From Thelocarpon superellum (Eukaryota): a stretch of DNA of 63,207 nt. Within the stretch, counting starts at the first letter, position 1. The number at the start of each line of letters is the position of its first letter. Position numbers and translations under genes: made by a program. This document shows, in pieces, positions 1-10,500 of the stretch. The notes beneath the pieces are model-generated. The model searched no databases. It worked only from the letters and a program-made list of their open reading frames with translations, and had not been told where the DNA came from. The stretch is from contig JAPEUG010000059.1 in assembly GCA_026025795.1 (NCBI GenBank), positions 1 through 63,207 on the forward strand, given 5' to 3'.

Positions 1-57
1 CTATACCACCTCCACTTGCCTCGCGAAGAACAGCTGCCTTGGACGAGTAGGGCATTC

Positions 58-290
58 GATGCTTGTAAAGAGTCATCTGCCAAGATATAGCATCGACAGC
101 TATAGCCCTTGAATGTTATGCATGGTTTCGCATCCGTGATGCAGGCATAGTGAACAAGTGAGGCGTCAACAAGGTTGTAAATTTGATGCTTGTGAAGAGT
201 CGTTCGCTAAGACATAGCATTAACGTCTATAGCCCTTGGATGATACCCATGTTTTCATGCCTATGATGCAGGCATATGGGGCAAGTAAGG
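58..290. repeat. Degenerate direct repeat, two 106-bp copies (58-163, 185-290), period 127 bp
   Basis: Ungapped manual alignment gives about 80/106 identities; about 20 of 26 differences are transitions. Confidence 0.85.
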
Positions 291-595
291 TATTGCTTGT
301 GGAGATGCATGGTCTCACGCGTTATTCCGGTCGCAAGGGAGCGCGAGAATCGGAGAAGTTGAAGAGCACCGCACAGGGTGAGGGCTTGGACACCGACCCC
401 TGCAGCGGCTACTAGTGCTGGTAAATTACCGTAATTTACTCGGGCCTGTGGTATTAAACCACTAGTGTAGTAATAAACCTAGTTTAGTGGTAATATACTC
501 ATAGAGTCATGTGAAGTCTAGACTATATTAGGTTAGAGGATTTCCTATAATGGTAAGGTGCCTGCCCCTGAAAAACTGCCTCTAGACTCAACACC

Positions 596-2530
596 ATGGC
601 AGCTTCTCATGATATTGAACACTATGGGCCAGCCATATGCAATTGACATCTCCTGTGAGTTTGATGTTGTTCTCAGAGCTCCTGTGGACAAGGTGAGTGC
701 CTAGGAATACTGCTTGCAGGATACTGACTGTGCTGAATAGTGCTTCCAAGTGAAGTGCAGATTCTGCCCCTACCAGCTAGCACAGAATACAGATCGTCAG
801 TGGCAGCACCTTGCCAGCTGTGGTGCCTACCTTTGAGCAATAGCCTAGCAAGATAAGTGGAACAACATCACAGAGGCAGCAGCATGTTCTGAGCCCTGAC
901 AACCTTGCCTGTCAGTTCAATCGATTTCAACAACTATGAAGCAGTGCCTGGATTGTCTTGCAGCAATGGCTGTCTATTGCAGCACCTGCCCATTTGCTCT
1001 GTATGCCAAGCCCAGCATGCAGAACTTCCTGACAGCCCTCAATGTGGCTTACAAACCTCTAGACCAGCACATGCTCTCCAGACAACTTCTGGATGAGTGC
1101 TATACTGTGATGAAGCTGCTTGTTGACCAACACATCAAGGCAGCTAACCTACTCAACTTTGTGACTAACAAGTTGACCAATGTCTGGTTCCAACAGATTG
1201 TCAACCTCTGCCTCTATACACCACATGGAGTCTATTACCTGAAGTTGGAGGCAATTGGTGCAAAGAAGATGGACACCACTAACTACACTGCCTGGATTCT
1301 CAACAAGCTACAACATACTACTAACAGAAGACTGGATTGAGTCAATTCAATAGCTACAGACATGTGTGGCCTCATGTGGAAGATCTGGAGATTGCTAGAG
1401 TCCTACAAGGATCTATGTTACATCTTCTTTGTTCCTTGTGACAGTCATGGGTTACAGTTGCTAATTAAAGATGTTCTAGATATACCCTTCCTCCAATCCA
1501 TCTATTCCTGCACCTCTTTGATTGTTGCTGCACTCTACTGCACCCTACAGCAATATGAGCTTCTTTGTGAGAAGCAGGTCCTCCTTTATAGCTAACGACA
1601 AGTGCTCCTAGCCTTGGTCATCACTTGCTAGAGCTTGCAGATCTGGATGATCAAGAGCCTCAACAAGAATCACTAGGTGTTGAAGGACTTTGCCACTGAT
1701 CCTGTGTTGAAGATCGACAACATCACGCACTCCTCGATTGTTGATCTGTTGTTCTAGGGTGTGCTGGATGACCTCTAGGTCATCCTCACACCCATTTACC
1801 TTGCGCAGGTCTGGTCTGAAGGCAAACAGGCCTTCCTCCACAAGGTTGTGCCTTGCTAGCTCTCCTTGGAGAACCATCTCTAGATGTTGATTGGTCAGGT
1901 TGGTGAGGTGCTTTGGCCTTACCTTGTGCAATTCCTGGAGCTCTTGTGGCCTTGCTGGTTTGAGAAGCAGGTCCTCCCTCTCCACTAGACTGCCTATGCC
2001 CTAGACCCTGCCTTGGTATCACAAATGCTGGACCAGGATTGATAACAGCAAGTGCTTGGTGTTCTCTACCAGTATGTGGACACCAGCCTATACAACAATG
2101 TCTGTAGCCAATTCCTCTCCTTCTGATTCCAAGAGGATAGGTTCTAGCCTGACTCCAACTGCTGGATAGACTAGCAGAAGCCCTGGCTATTCTGGTAGAT
2201 AAGCTAGAGCAGGGCGCCTGGTCTTGCCCCCCTTGTGAAGCGACTATTCAAAACACTAGCAAACTCAGTGCTGTCAGAACAGGCTTTCTCAACACAGAAC
2301 CTTACCCACACAAAGCTCTGGAACTCTCTAGACATGAGACATGTGGATATGCTGCAGTATATCTATACAAACAACCAAGCGCTGGCACCTCAGTGCAATA
2401 TGCTAATATGATTTGATGATCTTACAACTATGGATATACTAGACCTTGAGGATGAGGTGGTGTAAACAGGCGAGGCTACTGGCCAATCACTAGCTGACAA
2501 GGACTACAACAAGACAGACAGGGCTATAGT
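596..2530 (+). pseudogene. hAT transposase pseudogene (BED finger, DUF659/RNase H-like core, C-terminal dimerisation motif)
   Basis: VKCRFC..WQHLASC after an intron (693-740); FFVPCDSHGLQLLIKD (hAT CxxH motif) in ORF 1362-1595; ANSVLSEQAFSTQNLTHTKLWNSL at about 2260-2330 matching the SERxFS..RNxL motif; many in-frame stops. End coordinate approximate. Confidence 0.9.
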
Positions 2531-2974
2531 GGTGATTGGATGGGATGGGGGGGGGTATAGAGTGAGGGAGGTGGTTGATGCAGTCTCCTGCTGCAACTCA
2601 CAGCAGGAGACTGGGGCTATCGACAGAGGCTCAGAAGAGCCTCCAATCAATGATAGTCAGTGGCTGGAGACTCAATTCTCTGAGTCTCTTGTGAGCTTGT
2701 TGATTGGATTAGAGGAGGGGGTAGGGGTAGGCCTACTGCGAGCTTCCACACATGTTTGGAAGCACTGACAACTAGATGACTAGCTAGCAATATAATCAAG
2801 TATCCAAGCTCTTCCTGAATTGTTGTTTTCTGCTATAATTGTTGTAGAACCAGGTCCTGATTGTAGAGCTAGCTGTTCCAACAGCTTCTTTGTTGATAGG
2901 GGTAGCTGTCTGGTGGATAGGGAAGCTTGATTTTGCATGATATTATTCCACCAACCCACACCTGGGCGTCTATT

Positions 2975-3054
2975 GGCTATATGGTCTAGTGGTAAGAAAT
3001 AGGTCTATCATCTACTAATTGCGCAAGGTCTCAGGTTCAATTCCTGCTCATATC
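2975..3054 (+). ncRNA. tRNA-like / Pol III promoter cassette (degenerate) inside the hAT element
   Basis: A-box TGGTCTAGTGG at 2982-2992, B-box GGTTCAATTCC at 3034-3044, T-arm CAGG-TTCAATT-CCTG. Acceptor and anticodon stems do not pair well, so it is not an intact tRNA. Confidence 0.7.
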
Positions 3055-3571
3055 TACTATTCCTGACACATGGTGAAGATAAATAAATAAAAACATATTA
3101 AAATATTCACCATACATTTGGTATGGGACAAATTTGTATGAGGTTTTTTACTTTTTGATGTGGTATTAAACGCGTTTAATACGCTTACGTAAAAAATGGT
3201 ATTTTATTCTGCGCCTGCACTAGCGGCTACGCGGAAACGTGGTGGGGGCGCCGGGGCCACTAAACCTCAAGTGGCGGCTTGCCGGGTCTGGCACACGAGC
3301 GACCCACTAACACTGCGTTATGTTAACGTGGGGTGCAGGTGGGGCCTATCCCCAGCGGACATACGATGGACCTCGGCAGCAGACGCATGGCATCATAGCG
3401 AGCGAGCTCCCCCGGCTCCGTCGGCCGAAATGCAAGACGGAGGTCTCCGGCTTCCACCACCGCCATCAGACCTTCACCCAGGCTGCATTTCCACGGTACC
3501 CGTCCAGCCGGCGTGAAGCGTTTCCCTCACCAATTCATCCATTGTTCCATCCTATCCTCACCGCCCCCATC

Positions 3572-4539
3572 ATGGCCGAGACGAAGCTCCGAGACTTCCC
3601 CAACATCTTCTCGCTCGAGGGCAAAGTGGTGGTGGTAACGGGCGGATCGCGCGGTCTCGGACTGCACGCAGCGTCGGGCTTCCTGCAAGCGGGCGCATCC
3701 AAGGTCTACATCACGTCGCGCAAAGCCGCGGCGTGCGAATCGGCCGTCGCGGCGCTGAACGCGCTGCCCAACCTGCGGCCCGGGGCCCGGGCCATCTCGG
3801 TGCCCGCTGACAGCGCCAAGATCAGCGACGTGGAGCGACTGGTGCGTGAGGTCTCCGAGACGACGGATCATGTCGACGTCTTGTTTGCCAATGCCGGCGC
3901 CACGTGGGGCGAGAAATTCGATACTCATCCCGATGATGCCTTTGCCAAGGTCATGGACTTGAATGTGAAGAGTGTCTTCAATACCATTCGGTTGTGCGTG
4001 GTTATTCCCCCTTCCTGCTCTCTTCCCTCCTGCACACCAGATGGGGTGATGGGCAAGCTAATCTCCATGGGCAGGTTTGCTCCGCTGTTGCAGAAAAATG
4101 CTAGTCTGCACGATCCGTCGCGTGTCATTGTCACAGCCTCGGTGGCTGGGCTGGCCGTGAGTGCCACGGGCGAGGACGGAACGTACGGATACTCCGCGTC
4201 CAAGGCGGCCGTCATTGTATGTCCCCCACATCGCTGCAGCTGTGGCAGCATCTGACCCCTCACCCATAGCACCTGACCAAGAACCTTGCTGTCGAGCTCG
4301 GGCCCCGCCATATCCTCTGCAATGCTATCGCGCCAGGCTTCTTCCCCTCAAAGATGGCAAACGGCCTGATGGAGAAGTCCGGAGGCCAGGCCGTCATGGC
4401 GGCCAAGAATCCTAGCAAGCGACTAGGCGAGCCCGAGGATATTGCAGGCACGGTCGTCTTCCTCGCCAGTCGAGCTGGCAGCCATCTCAACGGATCCGTC
4501 ATTACCATTGACGGGGGGGAGTATCTCGCGCGATTGTAG
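3572..4539 (+). CDS. Short-chain dehydrogenase/reductase (RhlG/DHRS4-like), C-terminal PTS1-like ARL
   Basis: TGGSRGLG Rossmann motif, ANAG, YSASK catalytic motif; introns 3994-4074 and 4217-4269; ends EYLARL*. Confidence 0.92.
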
Positions 4540-4628
4540 AGGCGGAGACGGAGAGATGGGAAGACGAACATAAGTGCAGGTGCAGATGCAGGTGCAATGA
4601 GCCGTGTATGATATGAGATCTTCACGCA

Positions 4629-5250
4629 TCACGTAGAAGCTGCATTCTTGATCGCGCCTGTTCCACACCGTCCCTCCATCTCACCCATGACAACATCCAC
4701 GCACCTCTTCATCCCCTCCAATTCCTCCTCCACCGTGCCACCCAGCCCTGCACCGGCAAAGGACATGGAGCTGCCCACGTACACCGGCATCTGCAGCTTG
4801 CGAGCTAGTAATCTTGCTATCCGCGTCGTGAACTCTAGCGATGACTCGCGTGTGTAGAGGGGCGTGGCGTGGATTCTTTGGGAGTCGAGACGCTGCGTGA
4901 TTTGTCAACGTGGCTACAGAAATCGAGAGCCGTAACATGGATGATTCTGACAGTGGAGAGAAAGACACTCCGGTCATTCTGATGGTAACGAGAGACAGAG
5001 ATGATGGCTCTTCTGTGAACGGAGATCAACCTACATCTGGGAGAGCATAGACAAAGCTACCAAGAGGGGCTTGAGACGAAGTCGCCGCCGTCGCGCTGCT
5101 GGTCAAGAAGAGCAGAAGCGTAGTGCCGAGATGAGAGAGGTGGAGATGCACGACGGTGGAGGGAGAGTGGGGAAGTGGAAAACTAAGTTGGCGTGGTTTA
5201 AAGGAGGGCGATTGCATCGTGGCTCCTGATGGCGTCTCTGGCACAGCCAT
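4629..5250 (-). CDS. POC4: 20S proteasome assembly chaperone (PAC4/Poc4 family)
   Basis: Exon 1 5250-5035 ends LGSFVYALPD; intron 5034-4893; exon 2 reads RLDSQRIHATPLYTRESSLEFTTRIARLLARKLQMPVYVGSS..TVEEELEG, typical of fungal PAC4. Confidence 0.8.
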
Positions 5251-5756
5251 TGTGCTGTGTGGGGTGCTGTATGATGTGTGATGTGAGATGTGAAAGGCTC
5301 ACCTGAGATGGTGGGATGTATGGTGGGTGATGCCCGTTGATATCGTAGGTTAAGCTTGATCGGCTGCTAGTACACGCCGCGCAACACGTCGACCTCAATC
5401 TACGACTCTCTTCTTCTTGACCAGATTTCATTCTCCACACTGTAGAGGCTGCACATGTGTTGTTCGACGATCTTTTGCCCATTGGTCGAGTGATCGACGA
5501 GCTGGTAAGACATGGTCCATCAGTCTTTGGGGTGATCCCTACCAATCCCCGCCTGTGCTCGATCTTACCGCGTTCTGCGGAGAGGAACATTTCCAAATGC
5601 CCCTATTCAAGTCTGACGCAGTGTGACAATCAATCTAATTTCTATATGTCGAAGCACAGATCTGCTGCACGTTGCTCCATTTTCCTCCTCACTCTTTTCT
5701 GATCAGCAATCTCCGCTGCTATTTCGTTCCCGCCTACTCGTCTGATCTCCAACACC

Positions 5757-7264
5757 ATGAGCGACAGCGAAGACGGGGAGAAAGAATGGGCCGGCGACTT
5801 CGACATGCTGGGAGATCCGGAGGAGAAGCGTGTGCTCTTCGCAGCACTGGATTCATTCAGGTACAGTTTCCACCCCCGCCACCCTTTGGTCTCCCTTTAG
5901 CACCTCTCTTCACGTCTCCCTCCGCTCACTGGAGCAGTCAATACCGACAGATCGCACACCACCACACGACGCACATCCGCCGACAAGCTTTCTACGCGCT
6001 GCCCACACAGCACTGGCAACGACTCGCCGCACCACCGATATCCTATCTTGCGACGCTCGAGGCCGTTGACGACGCCATCGAGAGCAACGGCGCCATCGCG
6101 CGCGCCATTCTATCCACCGGTCTCTCCGCCTTCGACCTGCCCGCCGATCCGCCCGCGCCTGGCCCAGACGGCGCCAAGCACCCCCTAGACTGGCGAGGGG
6201 CAGCAAGCAGCAACGACCTCGACAAGGCACGCACCACGATCCGGCAATTCTACCGCGACTGGAGCGAGGAGGGCCGGCCCGAGCGGAGGGCATGCTACGA
6301 CCCCGTCCTCGCCGACCTGTGCGCGGAGTTTCCCCTCCCGGACGGCCCGGGTCCCAATCCCCGCAACGCCACCCGCGTGCTCGTCCCCGGCGCAGGTCTC
6401 GGCCGCCTCGTGCACGCCATCTGCGCCGCCGGATTCCACACAACAGGCAATGAGATCTCACACCACGCCTTGCTCGCCAGCTCGTGGGTGCTCAACCACA
6501 CGCTACCCCCTTCGGCTACCGCACCACAGCACGCGCTGTACCCATTCGCTCTCAGCTTCTCGAACCACCTCTCGCGTGCCCACCAGCTCCAGCGCGTGCT
6601 GGTACCTGACATCCACCCCGGCACCGCCCTATCCGCCAGCATGCACGGTCGTCCGCACGACATCCACCCCTTTGATAGACTGAGCATGTGCGCCGGTGAC
6701 TTCATCGCCGTCTTCTCCGCAGAGGAGTACAAGGATGCTTTCGACGCCGTCGTTACCGTCTTCTTTGTCGATACCGCGCCGAACGTCCTCCGCTACGTCG
6801 AGACGGTCAGGAGCTGTCTGAAGCCCGGTGGCGTGTGGATCAATCTCGGTCCGTTGCTGTGGCATTTCGATCCAGGCGAGGCGTCGTCGCAGTCGCGGGA
6901 GAAAAAAGAGCCAGACACGGGAGGAGGGGGGAAAGAGAAGGAGAGGAAGAACGAGGAGGACAAAGAAGAGGCAGATATCGGCGGGGTGATCGAACTCACC
7001 AACGAAGAAATCCTCCATTTGATTTCCTCAAGCGGCTTCACGATCGAAAAGGACGAGGTGCTGCATTATCCCCTTCTTGACCCCATCACCGGACCCCACC
7101 CTCGAGAGGATGGAGAAAAGGAGACAGGAGGGATGTTGGAGCCACCTACAGCTGCTGGATACATTGCGAATCCGCATAGCATGCTCTTGAATGTCTATCG
7201 GAACAGTCATTGGATCGCTAGGAAGAGCGTTTCTCCTCCGTCTTGTCCTCCTACCCCTCCCTAG
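5757..7264 (+). CDS. Carnosine/histidine N-methyltransferase (N2227 family, CARNMT1/YNL092W-like)
   Basis: QFYRDWSEEG..ER, VLVPGAGLGRL, GNEIS, FFVDTAPN, WINLGPLLWH motifs; true ATG at 5757 with intron 5861-5937. Confidence 0.92.
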
Positions 7265-7504
7265 GACTCTGGTATGATTTATGCTTCACATCCATCCACC
7301 TCTCGTAATGTGGTCGTTCGTTAATTTCTACCAGTAGTAGACGTCGCTGGTCAATGCCGAGAATGCGTCGACCCTCCCCTCTCGGTACATGTGCTGAATC
7401 GACAACGGGAAAAGTATCATCGCGTCTCACGGTGTCTCGTTGAGTCACGTCGCTCCTTCAATGGTGATGACAATATGACCACATTCCATCATACAATCCT
7501 CCCT

Positions 7505-10500
7505 CTACATCTCTCCGCGCCCTAACATCGCACTGCCGTATCCTAGATCATGTCGTTGCGGCTGGACTTCACTTCCCTGCTGATGCGAAGCGGCAGTGAG
7601 ACGAGGTGGCGACCCGGGCGTACCCAATAATCCATCATCCACCACAAAGCCATCATGACTGGTCAGGTTCATGTGCATGATGGCCTCTTCTGGCCATTCC
7701 TGCGGAGGCGAGTGCTTGCCCTGGTCGTCGCTTCCGGCACTGGGACGCTGCGAGTGTGCAGGATACTCCGACGATCGCGAGTGTTGCTGCGGCAGCAAGG
7801 AGCCCAAGTCCCCTTCCGTCGAGCTTTCCCGGCCGGTCGCGGACGGAATGTTGAGGCGAGGACTGGTGCGGGGAGGAGTGCGGAGGGGCGCGGGCGTCAG
7901 TCCGTATGAATTGTCGAAATCGGCGTCGCGATATTCCGCTCGAAGGGTGGGGTGGGGTTCGAAATGCCGAAAGTCGAGCGTCGCTTCGGATGGTTTGGCA
8001 GATCGATTGATTGGTGGGGGAGAGTCCACGTCGATAATGGGATTATCCGCAAGTTCGAAATGATGATTCGTGCTGGGGTTCGTCGACATCCGTTCACCTC
8101 GATGAGTCCCCAGGACCGGTGTCTGCTGGATCGAGCTATCATCGGTCTCGAGCGCTGGCATCTCCAAGATACCGGTGGGAAGCGGTCGGTAGGGGTCGAC
8201 CGGGGCCTCGGCCTTGTAGGTATCAAGCGTTGCCGGGGTCTGGTACTGCTCAGGGGGTGTCGGAACCTTGGGCGGCTCCGGCGGTGTCCGCGCCGCTGTA
8301 TCTTCCGGCAAACCTGGCGACGGATCCGTCGTGCGGAGACTACTTGCCACGAAGCTCCCGCCCATGGTAGACCCGATGGCGGACGTCGGCTCGGCCACCT
8401 CGGTGATCTGCGAATCCGCGCTGTCGGGATCTCGAATGCCAAACTGTGCAATCGTCCGCATCTTTCGCGTGACCCATGATGCCAGGATCTTTCCCCGCTG
8501 TTTGTCGCCTAAGCGCGATCGGGGAAAGTCCCCTTTCGACACAAACGCGATGATATCCACTACGAGCTGATGCTCGTTGAGGACCGCGTTCACAATCACC
8601 GGCACGATCGACGCCAGATACGATTTGCGCGTCACCTCCACCAGCACCACAATCATGCCGCCCGCTTGAAACACCGCGCTTGATAGATGTTAGCCGACCG
8701 GCTCCCTCTCCTCGAGGTGAGTCTTACCATCCGCCGCTGACAATGCTGCGATGACACTTCTCAATCGAGTGTTCAATGTCCATGGGAAAGTGGCTGAGTC
8801 CGTTAACTTCAAAGGTCTCGCCAATCCCGCCGAGCACGAAGAGAATCTGCATCTCCACCTGCACCCCGCCTGGGCCGATCGGACGGCTAACATTGTGCAA
8901 GAAGCCGAGATCGCCCGTTCGAACATATCTCACATTTGGATCCCCGTCGACCGTACGTCCGTTGAATCGTTCTGCATCGAAGATGTCCTTGGAGCCGTAG
9001 AACGCCCGGGCGCACGCCTCCGACTGGACCCAGATCTCCCCAAACTCGCCAACGTGACAGAGACGGCAGCTCTCGGGATTTACAATGGCAATCTGCGTTG
9101 ACACGGGCACCATCCCCGAATCTTGAACCAGCAACGCCGATGGATTGCTGTCGGGATCGACCGGGCAGATGAGTCCTTGTCGAAGCGCCTGGGCGTCCAA
9201 CCAGAGCTCGATGGGCTCGATGCACATGTATGAGCGCGAGGCAATCATCGGGTTGAGCACGTGTGAGTAGATGGTGTTGATGGCGGTCCGATCCAGCCCC
9301 GTGGCGGCGAAATGCAATCGAACCTTTTGAACTACATAGAGTCAGCAGGTGAAGCGCCCCACGCGCATAGGTCACATACAGACATCCACCCGTGGCCGAC
9401 CCTCGGTGGAGATCATGAGATTCTTGAGCTCGTGTAGCGTAAAGCCCTTGCCCGGCATGATGTTCATGGCATGGTCCAACATCTGGCTCGTGGCGTAGGT
9501 ATCCTTGATCTTGTATCGCGACAGGGTCAAGAACAGCGACATGGGATTCGAGGCGAAATCCACAGGGGACACCAGGTACGTCGGCGCACCTGCCGAGTCA
9601 GCCATGCATCACCGTCTCAACGGACACGACGGGCGTGCTTACCGACAAAAACCCCCATCAGACACGTATGCACAAAGCCCAAGCCGTTCGTACTGCGCAC
9701 GCATCCCATCACCGGCCGCGAGCTGGTCATCTGACATGTCTCTTTTTGAACCTTACAGGTGCCCATGATCGTGTCATGGCCCATCTGCACCGCCATTCGT
9801 CGTTGATCTGGCGTCCAATATGTCCACACCAACACCGGGTACGTGGGTTGGATCCAGGTCTGTTGCATTGTGAGGCCTAGGTCACGGCATCCCGTCGTCT
9901 GCTTAGGCGCCTTGCTGGTGTTGAAGACGGCGGGGACCGCGATGCGCGAGACGGTGGCAGACTGTTTGATGTGTTGCGCGACGATCTTCTGCTTCAGGAG
10001 GTGATCGACGTCATGATTGACCAGGATGGCCTTGACCCCAAAGTCGGCAATCATGGTCAAGAAAGCCGGCACGTCTTCGCTCAGCCGCATCTGATCCAAC
10101 GGTGCCATGGGAACAGCCACGACGCCGAGACAGAAGCAGGCGTGCACAGCAAAGACATACTCCTCCGAGTGCGTATACATCAAGATCAGATGATCGCCCG
10201 GTCGCACCTTGGCCTTGTTCTTGAGGTACATGGCGACGGCAGCGATCTTTAGGTCCAGCTTCTTCCACGTGATGCCCTTGCCTTCCTTGCCCCGTCCGTC
10301 AATGGTGCAGTAGGAGAGTTCGTCCGTCTGTCGCGCCACCCGCCATTGCAGTAAATCGACGATGCTGGGGAAGACGTTGAGTGGGGTGGAGGTGCGATCG
10401 TCGATGACGACCTCGCGATAATCAACGCCAGAGTATTGCTTCTCCTGATCGACGAGGACCTCTTGCCGCACGGCCGTCGACACGGGCGACCAGATGCCAC

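Larger units (their letters stand above)
413..3222 (+). mobile_element. hAT-superfamily DNA transposon, inactivated
   Basis: 8-bp target-site duplication GCGGCTAC at 405-412 and 3223-3230; short TIRs TAGTGCTGG / CCTGCACTA (1 mismatch); AT-rich subterminal palindromes; transposase remnants; low GC and CpG compared with the flanks. Confidence 0.95.

Noticed and set aside
2975..3054. Functional tRNA gene
   Set aside because: Acceptor and anticodon stems cannot be paired; kept only as a tRNA-like cassette.
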